From Tubiluchus corallicola (taxonomy: Eukaryota > Animalia > Priapulida): DNA of 64,000 nt. Location: assembly GCA_030141605.1 (NCBI GenBank), contig JAQGDQ010000080.1:124001-188000 (forward strand), read 5' to 3'. Each line of letters starts with the position of its first letter. Position 1 is the stretch's first letter. The notes under the pieces are model-generated. The model worked only from the letters and a program-made list of their open reading frames with translations, was not told the origin of the DNA and did no database searches. The position numbers and the translations under genes were made by a program. This document shows positions 42,901 to 54,723 of this stretch, in pieces.

Positions 42901-43924
42901 ACTATATAGTAGTGGGCTCAATAACCATCTTAGTTAAATAGTGAGCTTCACTTATAGAGTGCAAGCACAGCAAACAAGATTTAATGCCTAAAGTAAGGCT
43001 AAAAAATTGTTCACAAAACAAAACATGAGATGTTAACTGAAAAAGGTGTAAAAGATTAGTGTCGTTAAAATGAAATGTCGCTAAGTGGGGTGTCATTAAA
43101 CTAGGACTTACTATAATCCCCTTTGCAAGGGTCACTTCAATCTTAATGTAAGTGTCAATAGTTAATCTTGCCACATTAATTTAACAAATCAATTTCTTTG
43201 AGTGTTAATTGTTTAAAAAAAATAAAACTAAACATACATTGCTCATTTCGATAAATACTAGTTAAAAGTTAAGTAATAAAATTTTGTTTCTACAATTATG
43301 TTCTGGCTATGCTAAATACATGATTTTGGCAAGTCAAGTCAGTTTCTTTGAGTGTGAATGGTTTGAAAAGAGAAAATAAAACTAAACATACATTGCTCAT
43401 TTGCAATGGCAAATACTAGGTGAAAATTAACTAATAAAATTTTGTTTTTAAAATTTCATTTTGGTTATGCTATACATGATTTTTGGCTAATGTGAATACA
43501 GGGGAATCTTGTACTGGTATGTGACATGTGCCCTGGTCTGTAAAGCAGCAAGTTAAATCATAATGCTTACTTCAAACAAATATTCCAAACCGTTACAAAT
43601 ACGCTCTTTCTCTATGTGGAAATGCGTACAGATCCAATCCATCATGCTTAAGATATCTTCAGATGTCTTATTGTGATCAGCAAGAACTTGCAGCATGTCA
43701 ATAACAAGTTCGCAAGCAGAACATGAGGTGAAGACACTCTCAATTGTTGTGATGGCATGCTTCACATGCCCAGATAACTGTTGAAAGAAAGACTCCTTCT
43801 CCATTACTCTCACGATAAACTGAGTTGATCTCTGTGATTTGAGTGTTAGTGGCATGCCATCATTTAAATGTGGAATGACCAGCAGAAACAAACACGAGCA
43901 AATCACAGCAACTGTTTTAGACAT
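35780..43924 (-). CDS. SMPD1: Acid sphingomyelinase (sphingomyelin phosphodiesterase 1-like), spliced gene with 9 coding exons, 594 aa
   Basis: Exons 43571-43924, 41903-42064, 41135-41356, 40647-40816, 38954-39148, 38644-38731, 38428-38510, 36569-36946 and 35780-35912 join via GT-AG introns in phase (1785 nt including stop). The protein has an N-terminal hydrophobic signal, a saposin-B Cys pattern (CSAC...C...C...C), a Pro-rich linker, and the metallophosphoesterase motifs TDFHFD, WTGDIPPHD, GNHES, GHIPPG and GHTH. Confidence 0.95.
36569..36946 (-). CDS. SMPD1: SMPD1-like coding exon 8
   Basis: tttcag|(R)YESTVRAQFFGHTHRDHFEVFYD...APSVTTY...YRIYNIDG...LFQKFY(R)|gttcga. Confidence 0.93.
36958..36991. 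repeat. (TA)n microsatellite next to the SMPD1 exon 8 acceptor
   Basis: Read directly from the sequence. Confidence 0.95.
37663..38365. mobile_element. Tc1/mariner (Tigger-like) non-autonomous element in SMPD1 intron 7
   Basis: TA|CAGTAACTCCTTGCTTAAC ... GTTAAGCGAGGACTTAATG|TA; ends shared with 42238-43113. Confidence 0.78.
38428..38510 (-). CDS. SMPD1: SMPD1-like coding exon 7
   Basis: tttcag|[27 protein letters not shown](R)|gtttgt. Confidence 0.93.
38644..38731 (-). CDS. SMPD1: SMPD1-like coding exon 6
   Basis: tatag|(W)WLMINMTDPNSELDWLMKELQLSEDKGEK|gtatta. Confidence 0.92.
38954..39148 (-). CDS. SMPD1: SMPD1-like coding exon 5
   Basis: gaacag|(S)FPPDYVQ...WLYDKLAETW...YGAFYS...LISLNMNYCNRLN(W)|gtatga. 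Confidence 0.93.
39188..40358. mobile_element. Non-autonomous hAT element in SMPD1 intron 4
   Basis: TIRs TAGGGATGTTAAA / TTTAACATTCCTA, perfect 8-bp TSD AAGAAATG (39180-39187 and 40359-40366), subterminal TATCG repeats at both ends. Confidence 0.88.
40647..40816 (-). CDS. SMPD1: SMPD1-like coding exon 4 (absent from the ORF track)
   Basis: ttgtag|FDYILWTGDIPPHDVWRQT...PIYPALGNHESVPVN(S)|gtaatt. Confidence 0.93.
41135..41356 (-). CDS. SMPD1: SMPD1-like coding exon 3
   Basis: cttag|PSAPQKRVLHLTDFHFDPLYEPGTNANCGAPLCCR...AGKWGDYRNCD...NEK|gttaaa. Confidence 0.93.
41903..42064 (-). CDS. SMPD1: SMPD1-like coding exon 2 (end of saposin domain, Pro-rich linker)
   Basis: ttgtag|DEIMAVLHLHLSSKEICG...LLPTPKPPIVPIPQPK|gtacca. 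Confidence 0.9.
42238..43113. mobile_element. Tc1/mariner (Tigger-like) non-autonomous element in SMPD1 intron 1
   Basis: TA|CAGTAAGTCCTCGCTTAACAATGCTAATG ... CTAGGACTTACTA|TA; same terminal family as 37663-38365. Confidence 0.78.
43571..43924 (-). CDS. SMPD1: SMPD1-like coding exon 1 (signal peptide and most of the saposin-B domain)
   Basis: MSKTVAVICSCLFLLVIP...SCSACELVID...WICTHF...RICNGLEYLFE; donor GAA|gtaagc; an acceptor tttcag lies 35 nt upstream of the ATG. Confidence 0.88.
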
Positions 43925-44519
43925 TTTATGCCTATTTAAAAATGTGGCTAAACGCACACCTGAAATTGAAGAAAAAAATTGTAATTTTTAATACCGTTCC
44001 GACAAAATAATTTTAAATTACAATGAAAAAAGTGATTATGTAACTGAATTAAGTTCCTCACATAATCTGCTACCAGATTTGTGCGATGTTTATATCACAG
44101 GGACAATAATTGGTGGATAAATGGGAGAACTGTTTCAAAATTGGAAGAAAGGGAGGTTACAATTAAAATTAAGAATTTCCCGATCAAATCGGAACAGTAT
44201 GAATGGCTGGATTCACATCCAACAAACACACTGTGTTATGAACAATCTAATCGAATTAAATCAGCGTATCATTAGAAATTATTTCTTTTTTGTAGCAGTC
44301 CACGCAGCTGTGGAACCACTCTATGCGCATCCAAAATAAGAGGTATTGAGCCTGGCATTATTCATGCTAACATAGTTAATGTTACAACCGCTGCGGACTT
44401 CATAATTTGTGTGCTTGCAAATCAAAAACGTCCATAAGTCGGCATAGTTAAAACCACGTTTTGATGTTTCAAAGTAGAATGCACCAAAAATTTGGTCAAA
44501 TGTGGATTTTTTTTTACAA

Positions 44520-45990
44520 CAAATGGTAAATATGTTGGTCTTTTATTTTCTTGGACAAGGTATAATTGACAATTCATTTATTTTGAACAGGTATATTGAG
44601 TATTCTCTTTACTATAGAAAAGCAGTGCATGTAATTTTTATGGATGCAGAAAAATGCTTTGACAAGTTATGGAGACTTGGTGTAAATGAAAAATACCTCA
44701 GTATTTTGTTTGAACTAAATAAATATGTTGAACTGAAAATTAGTACACCAGTACATTTATTGCGTTGTGAATGTGCCAGTGATTACTTCATCTTTGTCAA
44801 GAAATTGTTCATTTAGTAAGAAGGATCTTGATGTTATTACTCGTCGATGTCCTATGTGGCCTCAACAGAATTTGTAATTGTATGGAAATTCACAATTTGT
44901 TCTCACTGTATCTAGTGTATCAATTGCAACTTGCTAATGGTAGCTAAATGTTATTTAGAAGGTCTACAACCAATGCACTGTATTTCTGATTTCATTCTGT
45001 CTTTATGGTCAATGATTGATGAATCTGTATCTATATACATATATAGAAATACAGTAATGCAATTATATTGTAGATTTAGCTTTTGTTCATGACCACAGTG
45101 AATAGAAAGGACTGTCAATCTAAAACCTCAAATAACCCATCTTTGATTTTTTGATATGTTGTAGCTAACCGGTTGACCTTTCATCCTCGCTAACTTTGGG
45201 ATCAAGAAATTTTTATCTAGGGGTCAAGGTCAAGGTCAAAAGCTGGGTTGAAAGGTCATCAACTGAAAATTATCAGATAGGTTGAATTTGAGCCTGGATT
45301 TGGACTTTAGGCATTTTTGTGATTAAAACGACACCTCTCCCATGAATTTTGGTCCAGTAGGTGTTGATATATAAATTTTTATGAAATTTCAGGCAAATGT
45401 GAAAGACTGCGAAAAGTACAAAATTTAAAATTGTTATAACTTTAACCGGGTCGATCAATTGACCTAAAATTTTGAACATAAACTATTCTCATAAGGCCCA
45501 ATAACCATGCTAAGTGTCATCAAAATCCAAGATGGTTGGGTGAATTGACACGGAATGACCATATGATTAACACAGAAATTCCGAGTCGGAGAAACTGTAC
45601 GACAAGGAACCGTGTGGTAACCAGTTATGATAGCACAAACCAGGTAAATAAAATGGTCAGGAAAAAACTCTTGTTAATAAGTAACGATGTTGGATTTGAA
45701 GCCAGAATATATGTGGATGATATTCTGGGCTGTGGTATGAAAATGTATAAAAAATGTGACAAAAAATTGCAGAATGATAGAAGAAATCAAAGTTTACTTT
45801 TAATAGTAAAAAGTCACAACAAATGGTAATTACATGAAATCCAGGGAAGGCAGATCGAAGGGTTGACGAATGTAATATATATATTAAGAAAGGGAAAATT
45901 AATAGAATCAGCCATTATAAATACTTACGTAACTTTATCATGAAACAAGAGGTTATAACATGACTGTAGAGAAGAGTGTAATGCCCTGAT
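44520..45990 (+). mobile_element. Decayed LINE RT fragments interrupted by other sequence
   Basis: GIIDNSFILN...IFMDAEKCFDKLW (RT DxxKxFD motif) at about 44560-44750, and IYVDDI near 45705-45725. Confidence 0.65.
45165..45560. mobile_element. Probable non-autonomous DNA element fragment inserted in the LINE relic
   Basis: GGTCAAGGTCAAGGTCA motifs and a TGACACGGAATGACC terminus-like end; it lies between the two RT fragments. Confidence 0.4.
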
Positions 45991-46089
45991 CCAGACTAAT
46001 AATTATATAATTCCCTATTGTGATGCTGTTTGATGTATGCCGGGTTTAGAATAAATGACTGTCTTACTACATACACATAGAGTTCAATT

Positions 46090-46595
46090 ATTACAGTGGT
46101 GACGAGGATGTGATGCCAAAAGTGATTGATGCCGCCCTAGCTTCAGCAGGGCAAGAGTGCAACCTGGGCAATGACCCTGCACGATATCTGGAATTTTTTG
46201 AAGCTGCTGCTACGCTTTGTTGGTGTAGATGATGATGAGCAAAAGCTACACTTAATGCTCCTGTGGGGAGGCAAGGTTTGAGAAAACTGGCAAATGATGC
46301 TGGTGTCATAAGCTATAATGATGCAGATGCAGGAATAGTGCAGGACAGATGTAAAGATGCACTGAACAAAATACGAAATGAACATGGAAAATACGTGAAT
46401 CTGTACATGGCAATATTTATGGCGAATCATTTCTCAGTTGGATGAAGGAGATTATGAATACAGTGACGTTGATCATGTGGAGACCATTGAAGTAGGCAGA
46501 GTCATATCCACCAATAACTCAGTCACACTAGATGTCAATGGCACTGAGATGATATCACTTGTGGACTCAGGATGCAAAAGGAATGCTCAGTTTAT
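46090..46595 (+). mobile_element. Gypsy-like gag/aspartic protease fragment
   Basis: RYLEFFEAAA...VDDDEQKA...VGRQGLRKL resembles a gag N-terminus; VTLDVNGTEMISLVDSGC has the retropepsin D-S-G motif. It is disrupted. Confidence 0.6.
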
Positions 46596-46603
46596 TGATA
46601 TAT

Positions 46604-48094
46604 TTATAAAGAAATATCAGTGTTTTGTAATCTCGATAGGCTTCTAATATTGGTATTATTGTGGACGTTCTTAAGCTTGTTTGCAGAAGCAGCATGTTGT
46701 GTAGCAGTTTTGTTAGAGTAGCCATGAATTAATCTAAGTGCGTAGTTTTGCATTGTATTTAGTTTTCTAAAGTTTTCATTTTTAACGTTTTGAAGTAAAG
46801 TGCAACCATATAGATAATGTGGTAATATTAGACTTTTGTAGATGAGAATTTTTGTTTTCTTGGTTAGATGGCCTTTGGTTTGGCATAAGAATGCCATCTT
46901 GTTGTGTATTTGATGAAACTGTTCATCCCAAGTGAGTTTATTATCGACAGTAATGCCTAAAAATTTTACATTTTTTGCTTGTTCTATGGAACAGTCACCT
47001 ACTTTTAGTGTTGCATTAGAAGAAGTAATGTCATTTGATTTGGGTGATATTAGTATAAATTCTGTCTTATCATCATTCATTTTTAAACCAAAATAGTTAA
47101 AAAGTTATATTTGCTATGTCTTTTTCTAGATTATTTTTTGATGTTAGAAAGTCTGCATGTGCTGTATAGATAGTTGTATCGTCGGCATATTGTGTTAAGT
47201 CTGAATTGTGTAAAACTAAATGAATTTTATTAACGTATAAACAAAAGAGTAAAGGACCTAATATCGTACCTTGCGGGATGCCTCTCTGTGGTGTGTCCCA
47301 TGTTGAAAAAGTGTGTTTGTTCAGCTTGACTCTTTGTTTTCTATTGTGTAGGTAATTATTAATTAGTTTGATAGAAGTATAATCGAATCCTAGTTAGCGT
47401 AAGTTGTCTAGTAGTAAATTGTGATCGAGGCTGTCAAAAGCTTTACTTAGATCTAAAAATGCTGCTGTTATATATTTATTCTTATTTAAGTTGTAACGCT
47501 ACTTTTCAGTGGCATCAATTATTGCGTCCATTATAGAATGTAGTTTTCTAAAACCGAATTGATGATTTGACAGTAACTTATTATTTTCAATGTAATGGTT
47601 TATTTGGTTGTAGATAACTCTTTCAAATACTTTGGCTAATACATGCACTACTGAAATTGGTCTGTAGTTTTTAGCGTCATCTTTAGCATCTTTCTTGTGT
47701 ATTGGAGTTATGTTTGCTTGTTTACACACTGCTGGAAATTCTGAGCGCATTAAGACTTGGTTTGTGATATATGTTAGATGAGGAGTAATGATGCTGGCAC
47801 TGTCTTTTAAGATTTTTATTGGCATGTCTGAGGGTCCCACTTCCTTTATTTATATTTAAACTGTTTAATATTCTAAAGATTTCGTATTCGGTGACGCTAG
47901 TAAATGATGAAAGTGGATTGTGTTACTGATTGGTTTTTGTATATATTGTGTATATTTGCATTATGTTGGCGTGGCAAGTTGCCAAATTTTCCGAGATTGA
48001 TAAATGTGGAATTTAATTTGTTAGCAATGTCAACTGGATCAGATATCATACTGTCATTTTCTCGTAAACTGTTTATTTGTAATTGATCGTTTCT
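46604..48094 (-). mobile_element. 5'-truncated, decayed non-LTR retrotransposon ORF2 (CR1/L2-group reverse transcriptase)
   Basis: Motifs in order: NYRPISVVHVLAKVFER, QFGFRK, FLDLSKAFDSLDH, GIPQGTILGPLLF, QYADDT, KTEFILI, VKFLGITVDNKLTW, IYKSLILPH. It contains stops and frameshifts. Confidence 0.93.
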
Positions 48095-49092
48095 AAATAA
48101 ACAGTTTACGAGAAAATGACAGTATGATATCTGTGTAAAATGACAGAATTCATAACACACTAAGATATAAACTCTTGCTAACTGACCTACTACACATCAA
48201 AATACTAGTTTTTTGTAGCAATAAACAAAATAAAACAAACAAACTATTAATTGGTAGCTTATGCAACACACAGCACTATATCAAAGCTAACAATTTGGAA
48301 GACAATAAAAGGAGACTAGCTAATATTTAGTTATAATATTTAGTGTAACTAAGTATTATATCACGAAGAAAAATGGTACCGAAAAAAACGGTAGGGCTAC
48401 AGGCTGTATAATGCCATATCACCATTTTCATGAAGTGGGCATGTACTTTCAACGATGTGCAGGGCACTTGGTCAAACGCCGCATGTCGTAAAAATTGTCA
48501 AAATCCGTATGTTTCGTATATGTCACAAAAGCACGGATTCGTATTTGTTGCAAAAATAGCTACGAGTACGAATCCGTCTTCATTGAATGAGAAGATGTCC
48601 TGTCGCAAGTGATCTGAATAGCGAAAATGATAATTATGTTAAGTAAACTCACCCGAGCGAGAACACATCAAGGCTACATGCATTCAGCCTCACTCATTCC
48701 GGGCATATTTTTACTTTGTAAAGAAAATTTCAGAAAACTCAACATTGAGGTACACAACAAATACATGTCAAACACTACCATGTCAAATATGCTAATACTA
48801 GATTACGGGCATCCTTGCTTATCAATCTGTAGCCTCACATAATTACCACACTTTGTAGTTGAGATTCCCAGTGCTTTGTAACCACGCCACCATGCACGAT
48901 CGTACGATTATCCGCAAAACTGTTGGAAAAAAATTCGGACATTTGGCGGTTTCTAGCGAACAGCACCGCAGCTGCAAAGTACACAACTAGTCAATGTTAT
49001 AAGTTTCAGTGGGAAACGGTGATAAAAGTGATAAACCGGGATAATATCAGTGTTCTTTACTTGGAAAAATTTCTTATCTTAGAGATTTGGTA

Positions 49093-49568
49093 AAGCGTTC
49101 CCTCGCTACTTCGTGGTTCGTTTATCGCAGACTCGCTATTTCGCGGATTTTCAAAAATATTAATGTAAAATATTTATCTCGGTATTTATCTCAGTATCTC
49201 GGTATCGTGATAAATCATAAAAAATTACCATTGACAGTAAATGTGTGTATTTATGGATGAATACACACCAAAAACGAAATGTAGTACTTGCGCCCATATC
49301 AAATTTTTAAGATTACGTATATAGGGAGAAGACTTTAAAACATTTTTATGAACATTTAAGAAAAGTTTTTTAAAAGACACATGTACAGTATGGGAAAAGT
49401 TATTAAGGGAATGGAAAAGGGTTATGTATAAAAGTGTGGGGAGGGTTTATAAAGACTTAAAAAATAATGTATAACTACTAAAACAAGTATAGCGTCTCTA
49501 GTTCGCGGAAATTCACTTATCGCGGGTGGACCTAGAACAGAACATCCACGATAAGTGAGGGAACACTG
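49093..49568. mobile_element. Tigger-like MITE
   Basis: Left TA|AAGCGTTCCCTCGCT (degenerate), right GTGAGGGAACACTG|TA; subterminal TCGCGG motifs. Confidence 0.7.
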
Positions 49569-49578
49569 TATTTTAATA

Positions 49579-50237
49579 CAGTAGGCGCCGCTTAATAGAC
49601 TCACGGCTAATAGACCCAATCTCTTAATTGACTCAAAAAACCGGGCCGCTTCTATTCAAATATACATAAAAGCTATCGGTAATTGACTCAAATAACTCCG
49701 CTTAATTGACTCAATATTTTTCCTTGCCTACTTAAAATAAGATATTTGTATATACCAAAAGAACCTTTCCTAATTTTATGTCATCTTTGCTTCCCTTTTG
49801 TGCACGATGTATGCAGAAACAAACATGTTTTAACTTAAAAGTACCATTTTGTTTGTAAGCAGGTACGTTTATCATGAGTAAATACGCAAGTGTAGCGGTT
49901 TTGCTTTGAATCTGTTACCCACTCGCCCACTCTTACCCAAAGAATTTCTGGAAGCTAAACATTTAACCAATTGCCAACTGCTTTCCTTTTGATGCTCTTG
50001 TTGCAAATCACGCTTTCAGGCTTAATCAGTTAACAGTCAAAGATTTTTTCTAATTTTTAACTGCACAAACGAATTTTATTGATTAGTTCATTTCTAAAAT
50101 TCATTAAACACCGTTGCAATGCCCAGTAAGCTGATGACTCCTGCTTCTATAGTTAACAGCTATAAGTATAACACCCATCGGTTAATAAGTTCAGTCGGTT
50201 AATTGGGTCAAAACATACCGGTCCCAAAGTGAGCACA
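49579..50237. mobile_element. Tc1/mariner-type MITE, right end truncated
   Basis: TA|CAGTAGGCGCCGCTTAATAGACTCAC; internal blocks (AAGTACCATTTTGTTTGTAAGCAGG, AAGAATTTCTG) shared with 57543-58515. Confidence 0.75.
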
Positions 50238-51779
50238 TTTCATATTCATAACAGACTTTGCTGCAAAAGTCTCATCTCCAAAAAGAGTTTTTGACTACTG
50301 ATTGTATTCCAAATCGCCTATCAAGTCTTATAATGACTGCTTCAATTGCTCTTAAAAGGGCATAGAAACATTACATAAACGCGAGCAGAATTGGCTAATA
50401 CATTTTAACATTGACAATTTGACAACCAAAGGCATGAACACGTTTTTAATTCTTCCAAGAAATGTCAAGCATGTCCAAAAGCTGCCAAAGACTCTACCTA
50501 TACATTACTATTAAGGCAAAAAATTAGATCACGCTTCTTCATGACAGTATGGGACCACCACACATGAGCAATAACATTTTGGAAGCAGAGTGATGATATA
50601 TTGGCGAGGTTTGCGTGTAATATAATTCTATCATGGAGGTGTAGATTACACCCTCCTGTATAGCCAAGAATAAAACAGTGCTTGAATAAGTGTGTGGAAT
50701 AACGTTTTTGCATGGTTCACCAAATCTTATACCATCATTTAGATTTTAATAGTGATAATGTTATCTATCTACTAGGGAAGGGTGTAATTTGCATCAGCAA
50801 AAGTTTCAATGCTAAGATTGTTTTAAATTTTCCAATGCTTCATTGCCAGTGCAACAATAAGATTGTTTTAGATACATATTTTCACCATATCCAGTCATCC
50901 AGTGGGAAAATCTACCTTCACCTATTGTACAAATCTCAGACACAGTGAAGCTTAGACAAGCAATACAAGACTGGAATACAATACAATATATTTAAAAGGA
51001 ATCAGGTCTCATCTAAATGTACACTATAGTGTTATTTTGTTGACAGGCATATGTGCTAGTTGCAATAATATCCCTAAAGGAATACTGCAGTATCTACATT
51101 CAGATTGAGAAAAGAATGTTGCAGTTAGTGCAACACCTACATACACATTTAGTGCACAGGACAACATGCAATTATGATATTAATTTAAATGGGTCTAATC
51201 CAAACCTAAACTTGTCGTGATAGAGTTGCAATTGACCTGAATAGAATGCAAACTTTTTCCCTTTCCTCGCTGCTTCCTATTTTGCATATAGTAAATAGTA
51301 AATAGCTTGACGACGAACAGCGTCAACGGTCAACTGAATTTTGAGAGCGCTTGAATTTTGGTAAGTCATTGTAATAAGCAGCTCCTTTGTGTTGACTAAA
51401 GCAACTGCGTGAACACTTTGTCGATAGACTTTGATGTGGAGATGCAAATCGCTTAACTTTATGCAGTGTTTAAAATTAATAACTGCGTTAAATGTAATGA
51501 TGTTATTCTTAATGATGCTTAGCCTGCTTCGCAGGTCCACATATATACCGCTAAATTTGCGGAGAACCAGTGTGGTATATGGGCACCTCAAACGAAGTGG
51601 TGCTGACAAACCAATGAAGCCACTGACATTGCAGTGTCTGGTTTTTTGCTGTGTTACTGCTGTCTTTATTTGTCTTGAGGGCAGAATTATTTTATTTTAG
51701 AATTCTGCCTGTCTAATGCTAAATATCCTGCCTCGCAGTTGCTTTTCTGCTTGTAGTCGATATATATAGTGTAAGGTGC

Positions 51780-53650
51780 AGTGCCAGTCTTTATTTCTTC
51801 TATCAGCAAAAAAAGCTCTAGACAAAGAGTCACTTAATTACATTTGAGAAGCTGGTTTGTACTCAACTTCTAGAGAATACTTCTGCAGGCGATCAGGCAG
51901 TTGCGTTCAGACGAAGTGAGGGCTTTCGAGGCATAAGTCGTTGCATTCCTTAAGTGTCTTTTGGTGCTGGCATAGTAGGGTTAGGTCATATACCATCCAC
52001 CGATATTATATGGGCCATGTACGATACACTTTCTTGCTTAAACTTTAACTTTTTCTTGTTTAGCTTAAGCCTGCGTTCACGACACCAATCCAGTAATGTT
52101 TTAAATGCTGTATGATGCGATTTGATGGCTTCCTTAATGTCACCTGCTGTTCCATAAATCAAAATATCATCTGCAATATCGTTGTTATTGAGCAGATCTT
52201 CCAAGCACTGAGTTAGTCTGCGCTGAAATTCTTTTGGCGCTGAAGAAAGTCTGAGTGGCATCCGACACCAGTGATAATGTCCAAATGGCATCCAGAATGT
52301 AGTTAAGAAACCAGACTCTTTGTCCAGAAGTACTTGCAGAAAACCATCCAGAATGTAGTTAAGAAAGCAGACTCTTTGTCCAGAAGTACTTGCAGAAAAC
52401 CATCTTTGGCACCTACCGCAGACAATATTCTTATGTTTGCCAGTTTTGGTGCAAGCTGTTCTATGGTTTGTATAGGGCAGTGATTCCTCTTAATAGCCTT
52501 GTTCACGTTTGTTGGATCTAAGCATATGCTTAACTTAGGAGGTTGCCTTACTCCGACCATATTGTTGATCCATGGTGTAGGTTCTGTGACCTTGGTTAAA
52601 ACACCCATTTCTTCAAGTTCATCAAGTTTTGCTTGAGCTCCATTTTTACAGGAATTGGCATTCTGTGTCTAGCGCTGTGCACTGGTTTGACATTCGGATC
52701 TAGTTCAATGCGATATACACATACTGCCTGCGATTGTTGCTTATCACATTGTAGATACTCTCATTGCTATTTAGTTCGCTTTCTTGTAGCTGGTTTACAT
52801 GTTGTGCCTTTTTTCGCTTTGCACCACTGCTGTTTATTCTGTTTGTTCACTGCTGTTTATTCACTGCATCTGATTGAAAGTTTGTTTAGCACTTTTTGCA
52901 CACTGTGGAAAATGATTTAGTTTGTTGCATTTGCTGTATTTGATGCTATAAGCAGGACACTTTCCTTTAGTGCGACTGCTACCACAATAGTTGCACTACT
53001 TCATTAATTGTGCATGTTTGCTGTCATTGCGTGTTAGCGTAATGCACGGTATGCACCGCTTCATTGCTGATTGATGCACTGTTTTGTTGTAGCTGATTTT
53101 CCCTGTACTTCACTGGTTTCTGCATATGACTATTGCTCTTTGCAGTGTCAAAACGGATTCATGATAAAGTTTTGCATGCACATTTGAATTACGACACCCA
53201 TTTGATTGACTGACAGCTATTCTATCACGGATCATCTCATCACTTAGTGTCCTATAGTTACAGGTACTTGATAATTTATGGAGACGATTTAAAAACTTAT
53301 CTGTCATTTCACCAGAATCCTGCGTCGTTGAATTAAATTTATACCTCTCATAGATTGTATTACGAGTGGGTTGAAAATGTAGCTGCATTCTTTGCATGAC
53401 GGTTTAGGCATTTAGGCATTCTTACTCAGCAAGTTCTAAATTCATGTAGAATAATAACAATGATAACTGATAATTTTTGACTGATAACAAGGTTGCTACT
53501 CGAACGTTGCTCATTTGTCTACCAAACCTGTAGCTATTTTGTAATTATAGAATGCATCACAAAAGAAATCCCCTTTGCTGCAGTTCATTTACTCAGGTTT
53601 TGGTATCGTATTTGTTACAGAGTTTTTTTTAACTATATGATACCATCTTT
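51780..53650 (-). mobile_element. Decayed Ty3/Gypsy LTR retrotransposon internal region (gag, RT, RNase H remnant)
   Basis: Gag IYERYKFNS...EMIRDRI; knuckle remnants CNYCG...KCPAY...KCNKLNHF; RT VTEPTPWIN, ICLDP..NKAIKR, DGFLQV.LD, TTFWMPFG, LSSAP.EFQRR, IADDILIYG; RNase H end RLQKYSLEVEYKP. A PBS-like TGGTATCA lies near 53638-53645 on the minus strand. Confidence 0.9.
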
Positions 53651-53858
53651 TAACACTGTGTATTTATTTATATAACAGGTTTTCAGTCAAAGTACTAGAT
53701 TTAAAGATTTTACTTAGCAACTTAAAATTTCCATAACAACAATCTCTGAATGTAACTGATTTGTGCTACATGTAGCAAGCAATGATACAATTAGGCCTAT
53801 GACTCCACAATGCTCACCAGACTGTAAATGTCAACAAACATGTTCTTAACACTTAAAG

Positions 53859-54169
53859 CAGTGGTTCCCAAAGTAGGGGTAAATTACCCCCCGGGGGTAA
53901 TATGGTTTTTTTGGGGGGGTAACGGGCACCCCCCTGAAAATTTTAAAACTTCGCTCGGAATGCATTTTACGTAGTTTTCTTCTTGAAGAGACTGCCTCCG
54001 GCAGGCAACACTGTGTAAATAAATAAATAATACATAAATAATTTTGCTTGCTTGTGGCATATACGTGTGTTTACTTTTTGAGTTGGAGAAGTAGTACTAG
54101 GTGGGGGGTAATGGACACGACCGGGTTTCCCGATTTGGGTAACGGTTTGAGAAAGTTTGGGAACCACTG
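53859..54169. mobile_element. hAT-type MITE, 311 bp
   Basis: TIRs CAGTGGTTCCCAAA / TTTGGGAACCACTG with a perfect 8-bp TSD ACTTAAAG (53851-53858 and 54170-54177). Confidence 0.92.
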
Positions 54170-54175
54170 ACTTAA

Positions 54176-54723
54176 AGGAAAACAGGATGATTTTTCATGT
54201 ACTACCCCATTTTTAAGTACACTAAACAGTACACATTTTAACACCAGTAATACTGCAAAAGCGTTTCTGATAACTAAATAATAGATTGAAATATTAATTA
54301 ACTGTGTGCGAGCCCAACTAGTGATGACATCGCAAGCTAACATGATTTTCAACATAAAAACATTCCATAAGCACATTGCGCGTGTTGGCAAAGCGGAAAT
54401 TGAAGTACAGTGGTACTGTAGGAGATTTAGTGTGTTGTACTAAAACTCTGCAAGTTATAAGGTAAAAATTTAAATTTCAAAGCTGCCGTACATGTGTAGT
54501 TCATCACAAACTAACACAAACGAACTGAGAGGTACAGCACCTGATTTTTGTGCAACACTTTCCGAAATGCAGGCGCTAGTGCCTGTCTAACTAGCGAATG
54601 ATGAAATGCATGTAATAGCGAAGAACTAGTGGCATTAATGCGAAATTGCATTTGTATGTTTCCTTTCATTATTAAAGAATAGGTTGTTTTGTCATATAGT
54701 TTAATGTTAGGTCTGGTTTTGCT
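54176..54723. mobile_element. Dispersed repeat, Kolobok/T2-MITE-like, copy 2
   Basis: TTAA|AGGAAAACAGG ... CTGGTTTTGCT|TTAA; homologous to 13468-13996. Confidence 0.72.

Noticed and set aside
43925-43957. Longer SMPD1 N-terminus MRLATFLNRHK from the ORF track
   Set aside because: It starts at GTG right after a splice acceptor; the ATG at 43924 followed by a signal peptide is the better start.
53646-53835. 5' LTR of the Gypsy relic
   Set aside because: The position and an AATAAA are plausible, but I found no second LTR copy or TSD.
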